A DNA stretch of 64,000 nucleotides. It comes from Tubulanus polymorphus. Lineage: Eukaryota; Animalia; Nemertea. The stretch spans positions 18,669,653 to 18,733,652 of the forward strand of contig NC_134028.1 of NCBI RefSeq assembly GCF_964204645.1. Direction: 5' to 3'. Shown in pieces: positions 27,688 through 41,699 of this stretch. Made by a program: the position numbers and the translations under genes. The notes below the pieces were generated by a model that was not told the origin of the DNA, did no database searches, and saw only the letters and a program-made list of their open reading frames with translations. The stretch's first letter is position 1. Each line of letters starts with the position of its first letter.

Positions 27688-27776
27688 GTCAGGAACACTT
27701 TCCAAAAACGGCTTAATCTGCCAATTTCGGCGTTATCCGCCAATAACGGCAGAATCAGCCGTTTATGGATCACTCA
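27688..27776 (+). repeat. Extra direct copy of the first ~90 bp of the palindrome arm
   Basis: GTCAGGAACACTTTCCAAAAACGG...ACTCAG repeated at 27975-28063 with few mismatches. Confidence 0.85.
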
Positions 27777-27972
27777 GGGCGCTATTGCACTTTCGTACCC
27801 CCCTCCCAAAAATATTTATTCCAGCATATTTATTATCAGGGAGGTCTAGAGATTCAAAATCAGTAACTTTTGACCCAAAAAACTAACTTTTTCTAGGTTA
27901 AAATTTTGTTATTTTGGGCCCTAAATCGCGTGTAAATTCGCCGATTCGCGACGTCAACAACGCCATATTGGA

Positions 27973-30664
27973 CAGTCAGGAACACTTTCCAAAAACGGCT
28001 TATTCTGCCAATTTCGGCGTTTTCCGCCAATAACGGCAGAATCAGCCATTTATGGATGACTCAGTTTTAAACTGCTTCTGCCAATTTAGCCGAAATCGGC
28101 GTTTTCTGCCATTTTTGGCTTGTTCTTAAAAAACGCCATTTCCGCCGTTTTCAGCTGTTACAGTTTTTAAAACTACATCGCCAGAAACGGCGTTTTTAGC
28201 TTAGATAGTTTTACAGGTGCTATTTATAATGCTTAGTTCGATGGGAGTCCCTATTATGACATCATCGCTTTTCTGCTGGCATACATTTGTATATTTGCGC
28301 CGAAAAATTAATCTCATTGATCCGTTCCAGGCTTCAAGAAAGAATTAAATATAAATGTATGGGTTTCCGATGGCAAATGTATTTGAATTCTGTTCTTTCT
28401 GTATACCTGTATTCTATGAAATAAATATATACATACATGTATCCCAAATTGTTTCGAAAATGTTGAATTTTGAAATGAGTCTAGATACAGCTGTAGGCCT
28501 ATCGATTTTGAGTTGTAACGTCATCGGCCACCAATTCATTCAATCACTATCCATCACAAGAATCCATCAATTAGCCTAGCTTGGAGGCATCGAAGATGTT
28601 AATTACCTTCAATTAACCAACATCATATGCAGTCCAACATATCCCTCAACTATTCTATGCTTTATTAGGCAAGATAAGACCATGGGCAAAACTTAAAACT
28701 AGATTTTTGATACACTAGTTTATACATCCATGATTGATTTGTCTTATGAGAATGATAATTATAATAATAATTATTTTATTTTCAACATATAATATTTACA
28801 CATCCGTTCACCTCAGCAAATTAATTATTTTATTCCGAAAAAAGTACCGCGTAGACACTAGGGGAAACGTCTAAGTGGGTGGGGGAATCCTCATATATAA
28901 CAAGTGGACTGCCAATAATGGCTTAATAGTTTATGATTATAAAACTAACTACGCCAAAAACGGCGGAATACGCCAGAAATGGCGAATGTTTTTATGTGTA
29001 CCCATGGCAACGTTTACTTGAAAACTTTATAATAGTTTTTAAAACTAGTTCCCAAATTTATTTTTAACAAAAATCATGATTAATAAACTTGTTTCATGCT
29101 GTAGTAGTTTTGAGAGTTTTCCCGGAGTTTTTGGGCTTCATATGACGTAATCATTTAGAAAAACGTAAATTTGACCACTTTACCTAGCTCAAAAATTTCC
29201 ATCCTAGCGTCATATGAAAGCTTATCGTCTGCTCGAGATTATGACGTCATCGGCAACATGCGCTAATTGAACCGGAAGTGCGCAAAAAACTTTAAAGCAA
29301 AACTCGAAACTTAGTGAGCTGAAACTGGCTGATTAAGCCATAAACGACTGTGAAAGGCACTTCCGGTTCAATTAGCGCATGTTGCCGATGACGTCATAAT
29401 CTCGAGCAGACGATAAGCTTTCATATGACGCTAGGATGGAAATTTTTGAGCTAGGTAAAGTGGTCAAATTTACGTTTTTCTAAATGATTACGTCATATGA
29501 AGCCCAAAAACTCTGGGAAAACTCTCAAAACTACTACAGCATGAAACAAGTTTATTAATCATGATTTTTGTTAAAAATAAATTTGGGAACTAGTTTTAAA
29601 AACTATTATAAAGTTTTCAAGTAAACGTTGCCATGGGTACACATAAAAACATTCGCCATTTCTGGCGTATTCCACCGTTTTTGGCGTAGTTAGTTTTATA
29701 ATCATAAACTATTAAGCCATTATTGGCAGTCCCCTTGTTATATATGAGGATTCCCCCACCCACTTAGACGTTTCCCCTAGTGTCTACGCGGTACTTTTTT
29801 CGGAATAAAATAATTAATTTGCTGAGGTGAACGGATGTGTAAATATTATATGTTAAAAATAAAAATAAAATTATTATTATTATAATTATCATTCTCATAA
29901 GACAAATCAATCATGGATGTATAAACTAGTGTATCAAAAATCTAGTTTTAAGTTTTGCCCATGGTCTTATCTTGCCTAATAAAGCATAGAATGGTTGAGG
30001 GATATATTGGACTGCATATGATGTTGGTTAATTGAAGGTAATTAACATCTTCGATGCCTCCAAGCTAATTGATGGATTCTTGTGATGGATAGTGATTGAA
30101 TGAATTGGTGGCCGATGACGTTACAACTCAAAATCGATACAGCTGTATCTAGACTCATTCCAAAATACAACAAACATTTTCGAAACAATTTGGGATACAT
30201 GTATGTATATATTTATTTCATAGAATACAGGTATACAGAAAGAACAGAATTCAAATACATTTGCCATCGGAAACCCATACATTTATATTTAATTCTTTCT
30301 TGAAGCCTGGAACGGATCAATGAGATTAATTTTTCGGCGCAAATATACAAATGTATGCCAGCAGAAAAGCGATGATGTCATAATAGGGACTCCCATCGAA
30401 CTAAGCATTATAAATAGCACCTTTAAAACTATCTAAGCTAAAAACGCCGTTTCTGGCGATGTAGTTTTAAAAACTGTAACAGCTGAAAACGGCGAAAATG
30501 GCGTTTTTTAAGAACAAGCCAAAAATGGCAGAAAACGCCGATTTCGGCTAAATTGGCAGAAGCAGTTTAAAACTGAGTAATCCATAAATGGCTGATTCTG
30601 CCGTTATTGGCGGAAAACGCCGAAATTGGCAGAATAAGCCGTTTTTGGAAAGTGTTCCTGACTG
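27973..30664. repeat. Near-perfect 2.7-kb palindrome (young foldback element), arms ~1.31 kb, spacer 75 bp
   Basis: 27973-29281 is the reverse complement of 29357-30664, with only scattered substitutions and small indels; ends CAGTCAGG...CCTGACTG. Confidence 0.95.
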
Positions 30665-31034
30665 ACAGTCTACTCACTCTACTGTCAACTGTGTCTGTCC
30701 ACAGGCACTTGAATATCGGTCATCCTTATTACCGAGATGACGTATTTTACCGAGATCAACCGAGATGAAATGAAATATAACACGTGACATTTATTTATTC
30801 ATTATCGATTTTAACACTTGAAATCATATTATATCAGTAATAAATGCCTGCTGGAGTCATATTTTACATATTTTGTCGGATATTTTTGTAGAAAAATAAC
30901 TTTTAACTTTACTGAGATGAGATCGTCGATCAATCAAACTCAATGAAATTTTATTGCTAACCGAGATTAAGTATTTGAAGTCAAAATCTTAGAAAATAAA
31001 ATATCCGGAAAAATATGACTCTAGAAGGTATTTA

Positions 31035-34000
31035 TTACTGATATAATATGATTTCAAGTGTTAAAAGCGATTTCGCGACTCTTACTAACGATTCTGTTAT
31101 ACCATTATGATGAGCTGCGGTTGGAGTGAAGAACTGCCATTGCGTTTGACGTTCATGTCCGAATTCTTTCAACTCACACGCTACGAAACCTTGAACCATT
31201 TTACGAAGTTCCCCATCACATGCTATGAGTTGGCTCTCTCTGTCTGACCAGAGTTTCCGAGGTTGACCGCAGTTTGCATAAAATCGTCGAAGTAATTCAT
31301 GAAATTTTCCAGTTGAATAATCTTCGGCTACATCTATGTACACGCATTGTACCCCTAAACAACAAAAAATTACGCCGTAAGCTTTTGTCGTTTGATTTCG
31401 TCCAAACCGAATGTTGATGGGCCCAAAGAAATCTGATGTATTTGTCCATGGTATTGTATACAATTCTTTCAACGGGTAGATTTATAAGCTACACCGCAAA
31501 CCACTGACTGCTGACTACGAATCCGGAATGAAATAAACTTTATAAACGAACCGGAGGAGCTTGATCTGAGTTAAACGCTCGATTCTTTATTGTTCATCAT
31601 CATCATAACTTTCTTCGATAACACATAACCACCGGCTTGACCGGAGACATCTTACAGCTTATACTCTTATCTGCTTAAAATCGTCAATCATCGACGATAC
31701 TGAACCGAATTAATAGTACATCATAAACCTTACAAACGAGCAACGAGGTTTCTATAAAAGAGTTAAAAACAAATCTTAGAAAAGACCCAGCTAAAAATTA
31801 CAAGAGAAATAAACTTGAGCCTATTTACAGACACATTAAAGCTCCTGTCTTTACAAAACCGTAACGTTAACAAGATCTCTGGACTATCCAAAGCAACATG
31901 GATTCCCAAACTCTCACCAATCTTTATGTAAATTAACCGGAAATGCCACAGAGGGCAGCACCAGCTTAACAAGATTCGCCATGTATTGTTGTTCGCATTT
32001 AGCATTCAACCCCTTGCAGAATGTACATTTCTTATATACAAATTTTGCTATACGGTTTATTGCTATTATCCAATAATCCCGTCGTATTTTGGCGGCTAAC
32101 GCTGCGGGTGTATCATGACTCCTCTTCATGTGGTAATGCAGTACTATCAAATATGACAGGTAGGCGGAGTACGGTAATATTGGTGGACGGTAATGCTCGT
32201 ATGAATCACTTCGTCCCCTTACTACGATGATTCCTTTGTCAGTTTTCTCAGGCGTTAACAATTTTAGCTTCATCATCTCCAGAGTTCTCTGAGATAAGAC
32301 TATCAGTTTCTCTCTTGCGATATTAAATTCATCGACTGAAATGTTTGATTTTTTCAACTTTCATCTGATTTTTCACAATAGATATGAAACGCAATACATA
32401 TGCTGTCACTCTAATAGCTTTGTTTAGCGATGAGAATTTTTCGATAAATTCTGGTGGGTTGATGATTGTCACTGTTACTGCACCCTTCTTGATAATTGAA
32501 TCATGCAGTACCCGATTATCACCATCATTCAATTCAATTTGATCCTGACCCACGTTGAATAGCCACTCTCTCTCGGGTTGAAAGAGAAATGAGTCTCCAG
32601 TCGTCCAACGACCATACAATTGCGATAAATGTAAACCTCTAGTAAGGTCATCAGCGACATTTAACGAGCCGGGTACATGATACCAGTCGCAAATTTTCGT
32701 TCGCATATGAATCTCTCCGACTCTTACTGAAGTGAATGGTTTCAAATTCCTAGACTCGGACTGAATCCATGCTAAGCAAATTTTCGAATCAGTAAATAAG
32801 ATCGACTTTTCGAAGTCCAATCGAGATCCATCAGTATACTATCATATAACCATGCTCCAATTACACATGAGTTTAGCTCTAGTTGAGGTATGCTTAACGC
32901 TCTTAATGGGCTAACACGATTTTTTGAACAGACAAGTCGACATTCATATGTTCCATTTGATATCTGCCATCTCACGTAAGTAACAGCTCCGTATCGGGAT
33001 TGCGCTGCATCGCAAAAAATTAGTAACGTAGGTTTTCCAATCGCATCCTCGGGAGTTAAGCTCCTTCTAAATGACACTTTGTCAATGCTTTAAATTTCTT
33101 TCAGAAATTCGATCCAGAATTCTCTGATGCTGCACGGTAAATCATCGTCCCAATCCAAATTTAATTTCCATATTTCTGACTTTAGCCATGAGTAAAAACG
33201 GACCGAGATAACCGGTGACATCATACACTTCATTCAGTACACTGAGTACATTACGCTTTGTAAGCTTCGTAGTCAACGAATCTCTCAGAATCTTAGGTGG
33301 ATATTTATTGATTATGAATAATGTCTCTTCACTGACATTCCATCCTAGTCCCAATACTTTTCACTTGATGAATCTAATTTAATTCTCAAATCAGAATTCT
33401 CGGAATTTTTCTCCATATTGGTAATCCATTCCTTGATTTCGAAATGTCCAGTTTTCAAAATTAAGTTAATTTCACCAATTCTTTGTGTTGCAATTTCCTG
33501 ATTAGGCAAACTGTCGGTTATGTCACCCATATATCTTGAATTGATGATAATATCAACGCTTTCGTCATACTGGCTCATAAAGTTTTCTGCAGTCAAATTC
33601 ATTGCAATGTTTGCTAATGCAGGGCTGCATTTATCCCGAATGTAAGTACCAGAAATTTGTATACATCAGGCTTACGGGTTACGTCATAGTTTCTCCAAAG
33701 AAATCTGTGTAGGTTTCCATCAAATGCAGGTCTCTGGCGAATTTGATGGTACATTTTCTTTGCATCGCCCATGACAGCAATAGCGCAATCACGGAATCTT
33801 TGGATAACTGCTACTTGATCGTTCAGCAAATCAGGGCCTTTCTTCTGATAAGCATTGAGGGCGTGACCTTTAAACAATTTTGCTGAATTAAAAACCGGTC
33901 TAATCGGCGTTGATGTGCTTGAAGGTCTGTATACTGGATGATGGTTCAGATACCAAATCGGTCCTGTATAATTAATGATTTCATCGTCATCCAACTTTTT

Positions 34001-36189
34001 AACACAACCTCTTGTATTCAGATTATTTGTTCATTGTATTTTTCAGCAAGTTCCGAGCCTTTGCCGATAAGTTGCTTTTCTAGGCTATATAAACACGCTT
34101 CAATTTGATGATAGTTGTTAGGTAACAGAGATGGGTCTCTATCATACGGAATTGGTATCATCCAACGCTGTTCTTCACTGATATATATCGCACTGTCTCG
34201 AATTGATTTTTCTTCCAACTTTTCAGAAAGAGGTAGATTTTTTGTACCTTATTTAAGCGTACAACATGGATTTAAGGCGATACTAAGATTCTCTGCTTTA
34301 AAGAACTTGCCTAGATCTACAGATTCAGCCCGAGTTACTGCCACGACAGGATTTGACGAGAATACACCTGGGTCATACCTACTCCACTCTGCTATTTGCA
34401 CCAAAGATTATCGGTCCTAATATAGAATATCTGACTGCTACAGAATTTCTGACTTCGATTTTCCCGGAATGAAATTTTACGTAATCAGTACCAATTAATA
34501 GATCCGGAAGACCATAACCACAATTGAATTTTGTAATGTCAATATTGAATAATTTGCTGAACTCTTCAGCATCCAGATGTGGAATTTCACTAGAAATCTC
34601 AGGTATTCCAATGGCCTTGATTTTTTAGATCACAGTTTTAGAGTTGATAGGACGTACAAATAGAGAATAACATTTGGTATGCAACAGCTCTTTACCACCG
34701 CCTACACTTCCAATATTAACCGAAATTGGTTCCGATGGTAGTCCCAGTGAATCTGCAGTATCTAATTTTATTAGCGAAAGAGTAGCTCCATTATCAATAA
34801 ACGATAACGCGATTGACTGTTTATAGGTGTCATCAGGATTGATGATTTGTACATTGATAACTGGTGACAGTCCTTCTTGAGATGTGGTTACTCCATCGAA
34901 ATATACAGGGGCTGACTTGTCTGGTGTTCTCGTGAAATTTGCTCCGTGCAACAAGGTGTGATGATAATATTTACATGGTTCTCCGGAATCTATTTTATCA
35001 CACTGCCTGCGACCTCGACATGGAACATTAAACTTGTGTGAAATTTTAGACAGAACAAGCATACTCGCTTCGCTCTAACTATCTCTAATCGCTTGTTCGG
35101 TTCCATTGCTAGAAATCGAGGGCATTCTATAGGTGGATGCGCGTCATCTGCCTCACAAATCCAACAAGGGTAGATTCTCTTTGGAGTCGGCTTTACATTT
35201 CTATTTACCGTTTGAGTCACGACGAGTGTTTTTCCTGGTGTCGGTTTAGAGGGCTTGAGATTTTCCATCCTGATCGGTTCTCCAGCTCGGCGTTTCACGT
35301 TAATTTCAAATTTCATAAATTTTAGAAGCTGAATGAGAGACGGATCGATATTGTTTTGCAACTGAAATCGAGCCCAACACTCCTTATCTTGACTGTTGAA
35401 TTTCGCTTCGATTTGAGCTAATGTTGTAGAATTATCTAGATCCGAAATTTTATGAATTTCATCCCGATTTAGAATATTCTCTGCCCACTGTATTAAATGA
35501 TATAATTCTTCGAACAGTGACGGCGAATGAATCGATTTAAATTTCAATATTTCGTTAATAAACGTATCACTCACACGCTTCGGTTCACCATATAATTCAC
35601 AGAGTACACTGATAGCTCGATCGTAATCACGAATATTGATAAGCCATTTCTTTGCGGAGTCTGGAATCGAATGTTTTAAACAATAGAGGGCTTCGTCGGG
35701 TGAGAAGTTGTTTCGATCGCCGTATATAAACTCAAAATCGTCGAGAAATCCATAGAAATCAAGAACATGTCCACTAAACGATGGTTTATCGACCTTTTGC
35801 GCCTGCACTTTAATATTTCTCTTGGTTGGTGTTTTCGATAGTTTTTTACAGTCGTCGTCTCCGTTTTGCAGATCAGAGTCTTTAACGGTGATCGATGTAT
35901 CTGTAGATAACGCTGACTCGGCTTCGATGAAACGTTTCTGCAGTTCATCTATCCACGATTGTTCAATTTCGAAATTTTTGTCATCTGACAGCATACAATA
36001 TTCGTCGTGCTTCTCTTCGCATGATTTAAAAGCTGTAGTTAATTCTTGCAATGCAGTTTCGGCGAGAATTAGCGACTTTGAATCTATGAGTTGATACAGC
36101 TTGTTTTCGCATCGCGTGAATTTACTTTTTACACTTCTCCGTTTGCGTTCAGCGCTTAATTTTGCATCCAATAATTCCTGGACTGACAT
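31035..36189 (-). mobile_element. Decayed BEL/Pao LTR retrotransposon internal region (gag-PR-RT-RNaseH-IN)
   Basis: Gag with P.FSG..LDFYGF..DF and C..C....H....C knuckles; protease FIDNGA; RT YLNHHPV..P...STPIRPVFNS, GD.KKMYHQI, YMGD; RNase H FCDA, SIPQLEL, FTDS, N.ADDLTRG; integrase DFFGP, WSD, HHNGITESLVR. Confidence 0.93.
31483..31971 (-). mobile_element. Solo LTR (489 bp) inserted in the BEL integrase
   Basis: 5-bp TSD AGATT (31478-82, 31972-76); minus-strand ends TGTTAAGCT...AGCTTATA; internal AATAAA; removing it restores QQYMANLPVER. Confidence 0.85.
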
Positions 36190-36499
36190 ATTTGGTGTGG
36201 TTTCGATTTTGAATAGTGACTAATTGAATAATACGACAACGTTTTGAGATGATGACGAAGATGATGTCGGTTTAATATTTATCTTATATATCTGTCTACC
36301 AATATCATTCAAAATCGTTGCCTATATATGTATTACATGATGTCTTGACCAGCATGGTTAGGAGAGTGTCTATATAATCCCCAGATCTATATATTGTAAG
36401 CCTTACATAGAGAGAAATATTGTTGACCAATGAAATGCCCGGAATTGCTGAATGCAGACTATGAATGAAACTATGAATGCCTGAATAGCCTACTCATAA

Positions 36500-37255
36500 A
36501 CAAGGTCAACATATATCTATGGTTAGCAATTTATATTATATTCATTACTATAAAGAGACCATGAAAAGTGAAGTATTTTCCATTTCATCAGTTTTAATGC
36601 AGACCTGTCACCACAGGTCTCGAGAAGCTCTGCAAAATGACGGGCGTTGCCGTGTGAGGTCTCGCTTCATAATTATTGTTTTATAGTAACTTAAGATTAA
36701 CTCTAACCATGGTTATCAATTGATATTATATTCATTACAATATATAGGTCATGAAAAGTAAAGTTTTTTTTCTATTTCATCAGTTTTAATGCAGACCTGT
36801 CACCACAGGTCTAGAGAAGCTCTGCAAAATGGCGCGCGTTGCCGTGTGAGGTCTCGCTTCATAATTATTGTTTTATAGTAACTTAAGATTAACTGTATCT
36901 ATGGTTAGCATTAATATTATACTCATTAATATATATATATATATAGGTTATAAAAAGTAAAGTTTTTTTTTTTCCGTTTCATCAGTTTTAATGCAGACCT
37001 GTCACCATAGGTCTCGAGAAGCTCTGCAAAATGGCGCATGTTGCCGTGTGAGGTCTTGCTTCATAATTATTGTTTTATATGTAGTAACTTAAGATTAACT
37101 CTATCCATGGTTATCAATTGATATTATATTCATTACTATAAAGAGACAAAAAAAATTAAAGTTTTCCTTCATTTCATCAGTTTTAATGCAGACCTGTCAC
37201 CACAGGTCCCGAGAAGCTCTGCAAAATGGCGCGCGTTGCCGCGTGAGGTCTCACT
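36500..37255. repeat. Tandem array, 4 x ~192-202 bp, conserved GC-richer core plus variable AT spacer
   Basis: ATCAGTTTTAATGCAGACCTGTCACCACAGGTC at ~36587, 36779, 36981, 37176. Confidence 0.93.
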
Positions 37256-38327
37256 AATTAATCAGTGTCATGGCAACTACGATATGTCTAATTTATCTAT
37301 GTCAACTTATAAGCCTGGACTGAAATGTTTTTAAATTGCATGTGCACTTGGTGAATTAATCATATTGCGAGTAATTAATAATAATATATAATGATATAGG
37401 GCCTAATCATTATGAGTATAATGATTATTATTGATACTGATTATGATTACATAGGGCACTACTGGTATCATTGCCTGATCTTGATATTTCTGTTTCATGT
37501 TATAAAAAATAAATTAATTGTAAACAATTCTTTCAAGGCTGTAGAAATTTATTGAAAGTAGATTTTGTAGAGTTTTGAAGTGTTAGTTTTCAAACTACTT
37601 CGTCATAAATGACTATGAAAAATAGTAAATAGTAAACGAATATAAATCTATTTATGCTTTAGCGAGATCGAAATCTGTGATCGCTTATAAGACACTGTAT
37701 AGTATGCTTGTGGTGCTGAACTATAGGTGAACTATGAAGGAGCAGTAACAGTGCTGAGAGCTTAGCATAGTGTACTTCATAGCAGCGGATTGAAATCTGC
37801 ATCTTCAATTTGATTGATTTAGCCTATTCAAATTACTCATTGATTCTTTGAAATAGGTTTATGCAATAGACAATAGATGCTTTTCCTCCCTGGCCAGTTT
37901 CAAAGCTGTAAAACAATCTGGCATTGAGATATAACAGAAAATACACGCAGTTTCCTCAAAATTCAACGCATTTCTATAGACGCTATTTCTCAGCTCTGCC
38001 TTTAATGACGTTGCAGCGCGCACCTGCTGATTTAGCCGACGCTGAACAGTAAGCGATGTAAACAACGAAATGAGGTCAAAAATCTTGTTACAAAATCACA
38101 AATTGCGCGTAAACTAAATATTTTGGAACAGAACGGTTGAAGATGAGTGTATAGATCAATAGAACACATCATATTTTGAAATTTAAAAAAAAGGTGTCAG
38201 TTACCCTTTAAAGCAATTTCATTAGCCTAAATCTGTTGTATTTTGCATGTCCTGTACACAACACCACGACTGCCTTTTGTAGGCCAGCCATAGGCTGAGC
38301 CTTAATTACTGTACAAATGGAGTGAAT

Positions 38328-39175
38328 TTAAATGACATGGTTTCCAGAGCAAAGGCTCTTTTACTGTGCAATTGAGCATATATTCATACAAATCATTCAT
38401 TAAAGCATTATCCATTCTCCAAACTCTACATAGCTGAATTTTGAAAGAGGGCCTCGTTAATATTTATATGAGCTTTTTCGCGAATATCTGATCGCAAAAA
38501 TATTGGTTTTGAAAAGCCAATCAGAAAGCAAAGACTCCTCTATGATTGGCTTAGCTGCAGAAATCAGCAGGTGTTCACGTGAACCCGCGGTATTGTCTAC
38601 CGTTTTACTTCCGGGTTTTATTTTAAGATCTAAAATTGTATTTCAAGATCAATTTCTGTGAAAGCTTTAGTTGATTTGGTTTTTGGGAGGAATATTTTTA
38701 TTAGCACTACAGAAAATATCATTGACCATTGTGCAATGTCCAGGAAAAATAGCTTTTTCTTAAATCGGATAGATGACCTTGATATGCTAATAAGCCATGT
38801 GGTCCAACTACAAATTCAATCAAATTTTATTCCGCAAAAAAATATCAAATCCAATTAAATTTTACTTTATTGAACAAATAAAAACATCAAATCCAATTCA
38901 ATTTTGTTTTATTGAGCAAATTTCAGATAATTCAATTCTATTCCGCATTTAAATCAATAAGACCAAGGGAAAAGATTTATCTGAGGTATTTGTTCCTGCC
39001 AGATCCAGTCGCTGTCTGTGCTACTTTAGTATTCTACGATTGTATGGTGTAAATTATTAGGTATTGACTCTGAGCTGGGAGTGTATTTAGACAAATTTAA
39101 CCCACAGAATGCATCATCATTTGCCATTTTATGAAAAGCTGACAGGCTGGCCATAGCGCCCCTGGGGGCTCTTGT
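38328..39175 (+). repeat. Dispersed repeat; other copies at 49580-50520 plus 51620-51765, and 63790-64000
   Basis: Shared AAATGACATGGTTTCCA..CAAAGGCTCTTTT, CAGAAATCAGCAGG.GTTCAC.TGAACCCGCGG and GATGACCTTGATA..CAAATTCAATCAAATTTTATTC blocks. Confidence 0.8.
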
Positions 39176-39661
39176 TTTAAATTTCCAGAGTTAAAAGTGA
39201 CCCATTTGCTTACTGAATCTAATTTCTTAGTATATGAGTATATCTTACTATTCTGATAGTCAAAATCATCATGGTTAGCATGGGGTATCGACAAACTGCT
39301 AAATAATTTTGTCCTGCACAACACATGATATAATAAGGCCTTTAAATCAACTTAAATGAATCATACTCTGCAATTAAATGGTGGAAGATGATAGATAATG
39401 TGACTGCTTACAGACACTTAACTCGACCCATTTTTAAACCTTATTCATTACTACTTTTTAGAACTAATTTATACTATTTAGTACGTGTGCCTCACAGTTA
39501 ATTGAAAAAAACGACCTATTTATCAGTGGTATTGATTAATTTTATAAGATAAAGGTAATAATCTTGCCAATTATGATTTCTTGAATGTTCCCTGGTCACT
39601 TAGAATATTAATAGTCTATGTCTTAGCACCGGTGAATACGTTTTGATCATTTATTCAATGA

Positions 39662-40422
39662 GATTCTCCCTGTCTTGTACAAGACTTACAATACCTTTTT
39701 AGCTGAAAAAATGCAAGGCTAAGTTATATTTCAATTAGTTTTGGCACTTCTCTACTCAGGGATGTTATCTATCATCAGGCTGCAAAAAGAACCTCAGGCA
39801 GCAAATAGATTATGTTACCCTTCGTACCAGAAGAAAATGTTATCATTCAAAAATAGTGTTGTACAGGACTGATGAACCAAGCTCACAAAGGGCAACTTAT
39901 TTACTGGAGATTTTCATTTAAAGGTTGGAAAATAGATGTTTGGAAGAGGTGAAGGTAATATATAGCTTACATGACACTTAATAAACTGAAACAAGTGAAT
40001 TTTTTGGGGATAGAAATTTTGTCCTGTACAACACTGTCCTGTACAACACGATGGGTATCATCAATTAATTAGTCCTAGTTTCTATTCGTATCACAGAATT
40101 GCTCTATAACTCTGGGATGTGATAGTTAACTTCCATAGGTATCTGCTCAAGACTAATTGCCATCACATCTATCCAAACTTAACAGAAATTTTCATTCAAA
40201 CTTTTCATCTGAAAACGCTTGATTTGTCTCCGTCCTGTACAACACTATTTTTAGATGGCTTTTTTTTTTCTTGTAAGTATGATATCAGAATCCTTTTGCT
40301 GCCTGATGATAGACAACCTCCCTAAGTACCAAAGTCCCAAAACACATTGAAATTAAAGGATGCCTTGTAGTTCTTTTAGCTGAAAATGTAGTGTAAGTGT
40401 CTTGTACAAGACAGGGAGAATC
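39662..40422. mobile_element. MITE with TIR GATTCTCCCTGTCTTGTACAAGAC
   Basis: Perfect 24-bp inverted ends extended by imperfect pairing; internal TGTCCTGTACAACAC motifs. Confidence 0.75.
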
Positions 40423-41129
40423 GCCCTTTGCAGCATTTTACCAAACTCAGGCCTAACAGGATAGAACGCTATCTTTCAGAGAATCTTTAAGGAGAATTCT
40501 TCACTGTATTGTACTGTTCCTCGTGAGTTATAGAGCAAAACCATAAAAAAAAACACGAAAAAAAACGAAAGACTGTCTATCACCTGTCTGGCAAGAAAGT
40601 TTGGAACAATAGACTTATTTTTTGAGCCAATAGGCTTAGAACACCATAACTGTGCGGAGTAGCAGACGACACGTAGTAGCAGACGACATTTTGACAGCAG
40701 ACGATATAATTCTACTTCACAAAAAGAGTCAAGAGATAAAATATATACTATTATATCATTCATTATATTAAAATTGTATTACTAAATCATTGTTATGTAC
40801 ACATATCTATTTTTATAAAACAGAGTAGTGATAAGCAAATGTAAAACTCCCTCTTTTCATTTTATCTAATTTATAGAATTTGTATGTTTTGAAGATAAAA
40901 ATAGTGAATATAAATGCTTGGCAAATCTTTCAATGTAAAGTTCGATATGTTAATGTTTTACACAAAAACCAATTGGATTTCCAAAGAGTAGAATATCCAT
41001 GCTGTATAAATACTAAAAACAATAAAAAAAAAAACCCAATAAATGCAATTTATAAATCGTCTGGATTAAGTAGACATTAAAGACAAAATAATCTTCAGAA
41101 AATGATATGCCCGATATACATTCTAAAAC

Positions 41130-41430
41130 AAACTTAGGAAAACATTTCACAAAAATCTCTTAAGTAGATTAGGCAATTGACTTAATAAAGTCAACGCTTA
41201 AGGCAACAAATTAGCAAGAAAAACTTCTATCAAATTGACTTAGGAAAATATCACAAAAGCTTAAGGCAAAAAATTAGCAAGAAACACTTATATCAAATTG
41301 ACTTAGAAAATATCACAAAAATTACTTGATTAAGTCAACGCTACAGGCAACATATTAACAAGAAACACTTATATCAAAGTGACTTAGGAAAACATTACAA
41401 AAATACCTTAAGTCAACGCTACAGGTAACA
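41130..41430. repeat. Degenerate ~65-105 bp tandem repeat downstream of the transposase
   Basis: GACTTAGGAAAA..ACAAAA..TTAAGTCAACGCT..AGGCAAC..CAAGAAACACTTATATCAAA recurring 3-4 times. Confidence 0.65.
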
Positions 41431-41699
41431 AAATAATCATATAGGCCTATACCTGATGCCCTATAAACATTCTACTCTATAAAGATCTTATCAAATTCAA
41501 ATTCAGCAACATGAAAACAAAGATTGCAAAACATAACAAAAATATCTTGATTATTAAATGGACAAATACAGTGGAACCTCGATACAATGAACTCGAATAT
41601 AATGTAATTACTTAGATTTTGATTTTCTACACACACCTTGCTGTTTAAGATCTCTGTTCCACTCCTCCACTGATTTTTGTTCATTTTTTGGACAGTATA

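Noticed and set aside
27367-27849. 160-aa ORF as a complete gene
   Set aside because: Only 27496-27627 is DCTN4; the rest reads through the splice donor into repeat sequence.
36575-36600. Hammerhead core (CTGATGA..GAAA on the minus strand) in the 195-bp array
   Set aside because: There is no stem II between the boxes and the spacing varies between units.
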